Source: Dehalococcoidia bacterium
Lineage (GTDB): Bacteria > Chloroflexota > Dehalococcoidia > Plut-88900
Reading direction: 5' to 3'
Assembly: GCA_965207225.1 (NCBI GenBank)
Contig: CBDBLV010000004.1
Span: 1-64,000 of the forward strand
Length of the DNA stretch: 64,000 bases
Part shown: positions 57,056 to 64,000 of the stretch, one piece after another
Position numbering within the stretch: the stretch's first letter is position 1
How the letters are laid out: each line of letters starts with the position of its first letter
Program-made: the position numbers and the translations under genes
Notes under the pieces: generated by a model
What the model saw: the letters and a program-made list of their open reading frames with translations, nothing else
The model's database searches: none
What the model was told of the DNA's origin: nothing

Positions 57056-57934
57056 CTATTCGTATTCACCTCCCCTTTCGTAGAAACGCTCGGAAGAGAT
57101 CGAGATGTCCCCAAGAGCCTCGTCAATTCCCACCTCGAGTATCGACCTACTGTATGAGTGCCTGCCCTCTGTGTTGTCGAAGAACTGACCAAGAGGAGAA
57201 ATCATCAAGTAGCTGCCAGTCATGAGTTCATTGTTTTCTGGCACCACTCTGACGCCTCGCCACTCGACGGTACGGTTGCGCTCTACGTATTGATTGAATT
57301 CATCCTCCGTGATTGAAAATTCATCGATGCGCTCGTCATTCTGCCGTTCTACCCGCAGCACCTGGAAAATCTTCCATCGCTCAGGATGGACGACACTGAT
57401 GAATTTCCGAAAATCTTCATGGCAATTGTAGCGGTTCACCACCGTGTTGATTTTTAGGCGAATACCTTGATCTTTGACCTGCTCACATACGCGCATGTAT
57501 GCGTCGGCGTCCATTGACTGGCCTCGCAAAGTGCGACCGATTTTTTTCTGCGTGTCGCAGTCTATGCTGTCTATGCTGAGGGCGAGGATATTAAGACATC
57601 CCGCCACTTCGTCCAGCCAATCATCCGTGATTTTCGATCCGTTGGTTACTATGGATGTCTGCAACCCGTTCTCACTAGCACGGCGGATTAGGGAAGGGAG
57701 CCAGCGACACAGTGTTGGCTCACCGCCAGCGAAGTTTATCTTTTTGATTTTGGTTTCTGCTATCAAGTCGATAAGTCTAAGCGCATCCGGTTCCTTCAGA
57801 TATTTCACATTCTGCATGTTCGGAAGATCGGGGAACGTTGCAAAACAAAAGCCGCACTTCATATTGCACGGCTTCCAAAGGTGGTAGTTGACTGTTGGAA
57901 CTAAAAAGACCTTGGGGCCGTTATGCACCTTCAT
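57056..57934 (-). CDS. Prokaryotic viperin (antiviral radical SAM enzyme)
   Basis: VNYHLWKPCNMKCGFCF, KINFAGGEP, KINTVV, RWKIFQVL, ENNELMTGSYLMI.P.G.FFDN, C-terminal RGG.Y; GGAGGTG RBS before ATG 57934. Confidence 0.92.
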   Translation of the reverse strand: MKVHNGPKVFLVPTVNYHLWKPCNMKCGFCFATFPDLPNMQNVKYLKEPDALRLIDLIAETKIKKINFAGGEPTLCRWLPSLIRRASENGLQTSIVTNGSKITDDWLDEVAGCLNILALSIDSIDCDTQKKIGRTLRGQSMDADAYMRVCEQVKDQGIRLKINTVVNRYNCHEDFRKFISVVHPERWKIFQVLRVERQNDERIDEFSITEDEFNQYVERNRTVEWRGVRVVPENNELMTGSYLMISPLGQFFDNTEGRHSYSRSILEVGIDEALGDISISSERFYERGGEYE

Positions 57935-58172
57935 TCTCACCTCCGACCCATATAGCGGCACCAGTCTTGGTGAAAAGACAGTTGCGACGACTCAAATGGT
58001 CGTGCGGCAGCACCGCCGGGTCTAGTATTAAGTCACATATAGTATAGAGGGGCACTACATACCAAGCAAGGGCACTACGGAGCAGACGGATTGACTTTGG
58101 CGGTATGAAGGCTGGCCGCTGGGGCCTCCCTGTTGCGCCAAAGGTTGAGACTTCTACAAGACGGGATGGCAA

Positions 58173-58613
58173 ATGCGCAAACAGTCTTCTAGTCCTATCA
58201 GTGAGTTCAGGCGGGCATTCTGGGCGTTATACGCTGAGAACTACCCGGAAGATGCGGCCAAGGCCGGTTGGCGACCGGGGTATGCCCGGAGCAATGTGTG
58301 GTTTGAGTCCGCGCACCCTGGAATTATCGTGTCGTTGTATCTGGCCCAGAAGGAAGTGGGCATATATTGCACTTCTCCGTGGGGAGCGCCGCAGGTGGAT
58401 GTCTTTCCCAACCTGGAGGGTTATGAAGAGGTGATGCGTCGGGAGCTGGGGGTGGAGGTCGGTCCTTCGAAGGACTTGTATGGGGCGGTGAAGGTCTGGC
58501 GGGTTGACACTCGGGATAGGGGGAACTGGGAGGCTATGGCGAGATGGATGCACCGGGAGTTGGAGGCGTACCTGGAGGTTATCGGGAGGGGGCCTGAAAG
58601 CCGGGCAGAGTAG
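58173..58613 (+). CDS. DUF4268-like protein
   Basis: FW...NVWF...VSLYL...GIY...DRGNWEAMARWM pattern. Confidence 0.6.
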   Translation: MRKQSSSPISEFRRAFWALYAENYPEDAAKAGWRPGYARSNVWFESAHPGIIVSLYLAQKEVGIYCTSPWGAPQVDVFPNLEGYEEVMRRELGVEVGPSKDLYGAVKVWRVDTRDRGNWEAMARWMHRELEAYLEVIGRGPESRAE

Positions 58614-58691
58614 CCTTCCCCAAGCGGGACTTTGTTCGGTGTGGGTTCTTTGAGGGCCTGGGTGACGAGTTATCAGTGCGTGTACCGCCCC

Positions 58692-58724
58692 CGCTCGACC
58701 CTTCGACTCCGCTCAGCGTGAGTG
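58692..58724 (+). repeat. REP-like short palindromic element
   Basis: CGCTC-GACCCTTCGACTCCGCTCAGCGT-GAGTG between convergent genes; resembles CCTTCGAC..GCTCAGG REP-type repeats. Confidence 0.45.
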
Positions 58725-58761
58725 GCCCCACCACTGGGGACTGGGTGGGAGCTCTACGCTG

Positions 58762-59988
58762 TCATTTGGCATCGCCGTTCCTGGGGCCACGGAGGCCGTG
58801 GATGGCAAGGGCGACAGGAGCGAGGAGAGCGCCGGTAAAGGCAATACAAAGGAGGGCGAGGCGGAGGTCGTCGGTGGCGTCCTGGACGTAGCCTACGATG
58901 AGGGGGCCGATGGCATTGCCCAACCAGATCGAAGTCTGCATGAAGGCGATACCCACGGCGACCTCACGGGGTCGGATGCCGGGGAGCTGGTAGACCATGA
59001 TCATAAGCAGCGGGAAATAGAGGTTGGCCACGCCTCGGGGGATGGAGAGGAGGATGAGGAAGAGGGGGGAGGTGATGAAGAGGAGGCCTCCGTTTACGGC
59101 GGCGGTGGAGAGGCCGGACAGGGCGAGGGTGGTGGTGCGGAACCTGTTGAAGAAGGGGATGACGTTGAAGAGGTAGACGGCTGCACCGGCTCCGAAGAGG
59201 CTGAGGCCGAAGACCGCGCCGGGTACATTGTCGGAAACCAGCAGTCCTTCTTCTGCATGGGTGGGCCAGAAGTGTTCGAAGGCGGAGCCGCCGATGGAAA
59301 CGGCGAACATGCCAAGGCCCATCAGCCACAATTGCTTGTACCTGAGTACGGAAAGCAGGGGATTCTCCTGCTGAGACTCGAGGCGGGTGTGGTATTCGCC
59401 GACATCCCGTTCTCGGCCGAGAACGGTCCAAGCTGCGGCGGTTGTCAGCCCAATGCCACCCATGACCATGAGTACCGGACGCCAACCCCCGAGGGCGCTG
59501 TTGAGAACGGGGGTGAGGAAGAATATGACGCCCATGATGAGGTCGATGGCGCCAAAGACTACGCCTGTGGTGACTTGCACTTTGCCGGGCGGCGACCACT
59601 GCTGGATGATGAGCGCCCTGGGCGACTGGTTGGCTATGAAGCTGATGCCAAGGCCAACGCGACCGATGACCAGGATGGCGAAGTTGGGGGCGAAGGCCTG
59701 TAGAAGGGTGAAACCGCCGATACCGAGGAAGGTGATGAAGGCAACGCGCCAGGGCCTGTACCGGGAGAGCCAGAGGTTGAGGGGGATGGCGAGGAAGAGG
59801 TTGCCGAAGACTACAGAGGCACCGAGCCAGCCTTGCTGGATTGATGAAAGGCCGAGCTCTTCGCTCATGTCCGGGAGGAGGAGGCCAATAACGAAAATGC
59901 TGGAGAGGGCCATAGCGACCCCCGTGGTCAGGTTGCCGACTACTATCCAGCGGCCTTTGAAGCTATCGACGTTCTGTTGGCTGGTCAA
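58762..59988 (-). CDS. MFS transporter
   Basis: About 12 TM helices; ILVIGRVGLG and AIGPLIVGYVQD. Confidence 0.9.
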   Translation of the reverse strand: MTSQQNVDSFKGRWIVVGNLTTGVAMALSSIFVIGLLLPDMSEELGLSSIQQGWLGASVVFGNLFLAIPLNLWLSRYRPWRVAFITFLGIGGFTLLQAFAPNFAILVIGRVGLGISFIANQSPRALIIQQWSPPGKVQVTTGVVFGAIDLIMGVIFFLTPVLNSALGGWRPVLMVMGGIGLTTAAAWTVLGRERDVGEYHTRLESQQENPLLSVLRYKQLWLMGLGMFAVSIGGSAFEHFWPTHAEEGLLVSDNVPGAVFGLSLFGAGAAVYLFNVIPFFNRFRTTTLALSGLSTAAVNGGLLFITSPLFLILLSIPRGVANLYFPLLMIMVYQLPGIRPREVAVGIAFMQTSIWLGNAIGPLIVGYVQDATDDLRLALLCIAFTGALLAPVALAIHGLRGPRNGDAK

Positions 59989-60098
59989 TTACCACCTTTA
60001 GGTGTTGCGGTTGTGCTACCTGCTCGGTAGATCCTCGACAAGGTCAGGTGAAACGGGCAAGCGTTGTGTCTTTGGGTGAATGGGTGGGCACTACTACA

Positions 60099-61154
60099 TT
60101 AGCGGAAGCTGGGGATGACCTCTTTGGCGAAGAGCTTCATGGAGTCGACGATCTTTTCGTGGGGGACGCGGCCGCCCATTTCGAACCAGAGGAGCATCTC
60201 ACCGACGGGGAGTTCGGAGCGGAACCAGTTGAGGCGCTCGATGGTCTTGTCGGGGGTGAGGTAGAGGTCGACGCCCTTCTTTACGATTTGTTCGTGAGAG
60301 TGCTCGTCGCGGGCCTCTTTAAAGTGGCGGTACTCGGGGACGGCGTCGATGGTGCGGGCCCCGGCGGGGGTACTGAGGTTGACCTTTAAGGCATCGAAGT
60401 AGTGGTCGACGCTGGGGCGGGTGGCGTCCTGGGCGGCGGCGACGGTCTCGGAGGTGAAGGTGGGCTGGAGGATCTTCATGAAGTCGGGCTTGGGGTCAAG
60501 GCCCGCTTCCTTTTCCACCTGGCGATATGTGGCGGCGCGCTCCTTGAGGGTGTCCATGGAAGTAAGGAACAGGCCGGCCATGACGCCCATGCGCCGCCTG
60601 GCGGCCATGTCGAAGACGCCCTGGCTGCCGCTGGCGGCCACGGTGAGGGGCGGATGGGGCTGCTGAACGGGTTTGGGGACGATGGAGGCCTCCCGGACCT
60701 GGAAGTGCTTGCCTTCGAAGGAGAAGTTGTCATGGGTCCAGGCACCCACGAGGACGTCGAGGGCTTCGGCGTAGCGCTCACGGCTGACCTCAGCCTTGAT
60801 CTTGAAGGGGTCGTAGAAGGTGAGAACGCCACGGCCCACGCCGAACTCAAGCCTGCCGTCGCTGAGGTTGTCGACCATGGCGCCTTCCTCGGCGTTGATG
60901 AGGGGGTCGTGCATGGGGATGATGTTGACGCCGAGGCCGATGCGCATCCGAGAGGTGCGCTGGGCGATGGCGGCGGCCATGATGTTGATGGAGGGCATGA
61001 TGCCGAGGGCAGCGTCGAAGTGGAGCTCGCCGAGCCAGACGGAGTCGAAGCCGAGGTCCTCGGCGAGCTCAATCTGGTAGAGGACTTCACGGTAGCGGTC
61101 AGCGGCGCTCTGGTCGGGGTGGCAGGGGATCTGGTAGAAGATGCCGAATTTCAT
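60099..61154 (-). CDS. LLM-class flavin-dependent oxidoreductase
   Basis: AEDLGFDSVWLGELHF, DNLSDGRLEFGVGRG, PKPVQQPHPP, LFAKEVIP. Confidence 0.9.
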   Translation of the reverse strand: MKFGIFYQIPCHPDQSAADRYREVLYQIELAEDLGFDSVWLGELHFDAALGIMPSINIMAAAIAQRTSRMRIGLGVNIIPMHDPLINAEEGAMVDNLSDGRLEFGVGRGVLTFYDPFKIKAEVSRERYAEALDVLVGAWTHDNFSFEGKHFQVREASIVPKPVQQPHPPLTVAASGSQGVFDMAARRRMGVMAGLFLTSMDTLKERAATYRQVEKEAGLDPKPDFMKILQPTFTSETVAAAQDATRPSVDHYFDALKVNLSTPAGARTIDAVPEYRHFKEARDEHSHEQIVKKGVDLYLTPDKTIERLNWFRSELPVGEMLLWFEMGGRVPHEKIVDSMKLFAKEVIPSFR

Positions 61155-61251
61155 GGGGTGTTCACCTCTTCTTTGGGGAACTCTGTGTGACTGATTGCCA
61201 GGAGCATGATTGAGGTACGGGCTGGGTCATCAGGGCCAAAGACCCCACCCC

Positions 61252-61279
61252 AGATTCCTCGCGGAGCATCGGAATGACA
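61252..61279 (+). repeat. REP-like repeat, copy 1
   Basis: AGATTCCTCGCGGAGCATCGGAATGACA; 24/28 identical to 63641-63668. Confidence 0.6.
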
Positions 61280-61296
61280 ATAAGCATGGGGCTCCT

Positions 61297-62772
61297 TTAG
61301 GGATAATACAACTGGCGGGCGGCGTGCTCCAACTCGGGGCGGAAGTCGGGGTGGGCGATGTTGATGAGGGCCTGGGCGCGTTCGCGCTGGGACTTGCCGA
61401 GAAGCCGGGCGACGCCGTATTCGGTGACTACGTAGTCGGCGAAGGTGCGGGGGATGGTGATGGCCGATCCCACTTCGTGCCGGGCCACGATCTTGGAAAC
61501 CGTACCTCCGAGGGCCGTGGAAGTGAGAAGGGTGATGCCGCGGCCACCTTCGGAGAGGACTGCGCCGATGTGAAGCTCGGGCTGGCCGCCGGTGCCGTTG
61601 TAGAGTCTGCCACCGAAGAGGGTCTCGGAGTTGATCTGGCCGGTGAGGTCGATAGAGACGGCGTTGTTGATGGCGACCTGGTTGGGGTTGGAGGCGATGT
61701 TGCGGATGTTGAGGATGTGATCGGCGTCCCATAGTTCGACGAGGGGGTTAAGGTGGGCGAAGGCGACCTCGTCGGGGGTGCTTCCCATGAGGCCCGAGAA
61801 GACGGTCTTGTCCTTATGAAGGACTTTACGGCTGCCGTTGACGATGCCCCTTTCGACGAGGGAGATGATGCCGGGGGCGGACATCTCGGCGTGCCAGCCG
61901 AGGTCCTTCTTGTCGTCAAATACGCCGAGGGTGGGGAGGTAGACGCCGGGGGTACCGACGCCGATCTGGAGGGAGTCGCCGTCGCGGATGAGGCCGTGGA
62001 CGTACCCGGCGATCTTGAGAATGGCGTCGGAGGGCGGGACCCAACCGGCCCAGCGGGCCCAGCTCCTGACCTGGGAGACATCGGCGTACATGAGGGCGGG
62101 GATGGCCTCCTGGCGCTGGTAGCCGGACATGAGGGGGGAGATTCGCTCGAGTTCGGACCTGAGCTCGCCTTCGGGGAGGGTATCGAGGAGCTTCTGGCCA
62201 TCTTCGAGGGAGAGGGCGGGAGGGGTGTGTGCGACGAAGCGGTCGATCTCCGAGACGTGGATGTAGTTGGCGCCGTAGGTGCGTATCTGGTTTTCGTCGA
62301 CCTGGGCGATAACGCGGGAGGCGTGGGCGGCGACGCGGCGCTTGTCCCATAGCTCGCCGCCGAAGCTGCAGAAGCCTCGTTGGTCGGGCGGGGAAGTGAC
62401 GATGAAAAGGTAGTCGACGGCCCGGGGCTGGCGGCCTTGTTCTTCGAAAGGCTTCAGGCCGGTAGAGAGGAGGGAGGGCTCAAAGTCGACATAACGCTGG
62501 TCGTGGGCGGGCCGCGCCACGTCGCCGAGGTAGAACATGATGGTGATGGGGAAGGAATTGTCCCATCCGGGCCGGAGCCAGCCGGGGTCGTAGTGGCAGC
62601 CGAGGAGGTGGAGCTTTACGTTGCACAACTCGTCACGACGGGCGGCGAGGGCGTCGAGGAGGCGGGTAGGCTCGGGGCTGACGGAGACGGTGACCTCATC
62701 GCCGGAGGAGATAGTGGAGACGGCATCCTCGGGGGAGACGAGGTTATTGCGGTAGTGTTGTCGCCAGTCCAT
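61297..62772 (-). CDS. 4-hydroxybutyrate CoA-transferase / acetyl-CoA hydrolase family
   Basis: LQIGVG, HAEM catalytic Glu, IDLTGQI, GTGGQ, VVTEYGVA, IAHPDFR. Confidence 0.9.
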   Translation of the reverse strand: MDWRQHYRNNLVSPEDAVSTISSGDEVTVSVSPEPTRLLDALAARRDELCNVKLHLLGCHYDPGWLRPGWDNSFPITIMFYLGDVARPAHDQRYVDFEPSLLSTGLKPFEEQGRQPRAVDYLFIVTSPPDQRGFCSFGGELWDKRRVAAHASRVIAQVDENQIRTYGANYIHVSEIDRFVAHTPPALSLEDGQKLLDTLPEGELRSELERISPLMSGYQRQEAIPALMYADVSQVRSWARWAGWVPPSDAILKIAGYVHGLIRDGDSLQIGVGTPGVYLPTLGVFDDKKDLGWHAEMSAPGIISLVERGIVNGSRKVLHKDKTVFSGLMGSTPDEVAFAHLNPLVELWDADHILNIRNIASNPNQVAINNAVSIDLTGQINSETLFGGRLYNGTGGQPELHIGAVLSEGGRGITLLTSTALGGTVSKIVARHEVGSAITIPRTFADYVVTEYGVARLLGKSQRERAQALINIAHPDFRPELEHAARQLYYP

Positions 62773-63059
62773 AGAAGGGGAAGGGAGAGGAGTCTCGGCA
62801 ATGTTAACACAGGACTGGCGCTCCAATGGGTCCAGTTATTCAGTTGTGAGGTTGGGGGGCGGGGGTTATGGGTGGGGGGCGGGCTCCTGTTGGCTTGGGG
62901 GATGGGCTAGGAGAGGTCGGAAGAGGGGAATGCCAGCGCCCCCTCATCGGCGTAAGCCGGGGCGTCGGGGGTCGGAACGTGGGCAATTGCCCGCCTGGGG
63001 AGACGGGCAATCTTCGCAAGGCCGGGTAGGGCGTTGCGGGCGTACCTCCGCGCAAAGGC

Positions 63060-63300
63060 GCGGGCATCCACAGCGGAAGGGAAAGCTCGCAAAGGGTTAG
63101 CTGTGGGAAATACATCTGCGGCGAGCCTGGGCAGGCATCCACGGCGGAGGGGGGCACTCGCGGGGGTTAGCCGTGGGAACATCTGCAGCGAGTCAAAGCA
63201 GGCATCCATCCGTACGCCTCGCTGGGCGCAGGTGGGGTCCTTCCGCGCCGAGGCGCGGGCATCCACGTCCGGATGGGGCAGCAGGGTTAGTTGCTGCTCC
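63060..63300. repeat. Degenerate ~70-bp tandem repeat with internal hairpins
   Basis: GC[A/G]GGCATCCA starts at 63060, 63131, 63198 and 63255; units 1-2 share CTCGC...GGGTTAGC[T/C]GTGGGAA..CATCTGC.GCGAG. Confidence 0.7.
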
Positions 63301-63640
63301 CGGGTGACGCCGGACGGCAGTGGTCGAGAGGGGGCGCTGGGCTTTGAACTTCCACGGGGGAAGGGTGAAGGGCCGAGGGACACGGTAGGTGGAAAGGGGG
63401 TAAGGAGGAGGCGCGTGTCGGCAGAGGGTCGGTCCCATACCGACCGGGTGCGACGGGGCCATGTGAGGCCATTGCGACTCATGGGACTCCTTTGGTCCTT
63501 TCCTGTATTGGTGGTCCGACATACAGGGCCGGTGCCACGAACATAGGTATAGCACATACATTTACCAAATCAATAGGTGGTAGAAGGGGTTTGGGGACAA
63601 AGGGAGGTGTGACAAGGAAAGATGTGGGTGGTCAAGTCCT

Positions 63641-63668
63641 AGATCCCTCGCGGGGCTTCGGGATGACA
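63641..63668 (+). repeat. REP-like repeat, copy 2
   Basis: AGATCCCTCGCGGGGCTTCGGGATGACA. Confidence 0.6.
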
Positions 63669-64000
63669 GGGAAGGAGGTGGGGGCGGTTGACGGCCGCGA
63701 GAGGTCCGTCGTGGGGCATTGGGATGAGAGGGGAGAAGGAATGACGGGTGTGGGGGGTTCCTATAGAATACGGCGGCTTGTTCCCGTTGGTTGAGAGGGG
63801 TGTGTGGAGAGGTCGGGTTGGGAAGCAGATAGTGCAGGGTGGAGGCCCGCAGAGAATGAAGCAGAGCCGTACTGCCTGGTTGACCCGCTCCCGTGCGCTG
63901 AGCTCGCTGGAGCATCGGGGGTGGAGGAGGCTGTGGTTCGTCAGCCAGCTTTGGCACCTGCCCTTCTGGATGGACTACATCATCCTGGGATGGGTGATCC

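Noticed and set aside
54963-57934. Nucleoside deoxyribosyltransferase as a viperin partner
   Set aside because: It is on the opposite strand, separated by ggt, and has host-like composition
63060-63300. CRISPR array
   Set aside because: Units are degenerate along their whole length, there are no unique spacers between identical repeats, and no cas genes are present
62907-63957. ORFs of 100-216 aa at the window end
   Set aside because: Low-complexity Pro/Arg/Gly translations with no motifs; the repeat units fall in different frames

Overview
GC-rich bacterial window. The many LLM/F420-type oxidoreductases, CaiB CoA-transferases and Pro/Thr-linker lipoproteins suggest Chloroflexota (Dehalococcoidia/SAR202-like); this is an inference. 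Bases 1-31 kb are accessory DNA. (i) A defence block (1-9.9 kb) has a CapP/IrrE-like peptidase, a ubiquitin-like conjugation operon (Ubl, Cys-free E2, JAB-E1 fusion) and a type III R-M locus. In that locus the Mod ORF ends in a VapB-like antitoxin tail, a PIN/VapC gene sits between mod and res, and a HEPN-like gene follows res. (ii) A 19,153-bp integrative element has attL (~9935-9984) and attR (~29088-29137) that can be read from the sequence. Its attP lies inside the large serine recombinase gene, so integration swaps the integrase C-terminus. The element carries an IS21-interrupted replication-relaxation gene, a HelD-like helicase, surface proteins, proteases and pseudogenes. (iii) A further attB-like site lies 2 kb downstream. 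Bases 31-64 kb are mostly housekeeping and metabolic: a CPA2 antiporter, SulP, a B12-riboswitch-led cobamide salvage operon, sixA, CoA-transferases, recQ, LLMs, ggt and an MFS transporter. They also include a solitary prokaryotic viperin and a non-coding end with REP-like and covarying hairpin repeats. All calls come from reading motifs by eye; no database searches were run.
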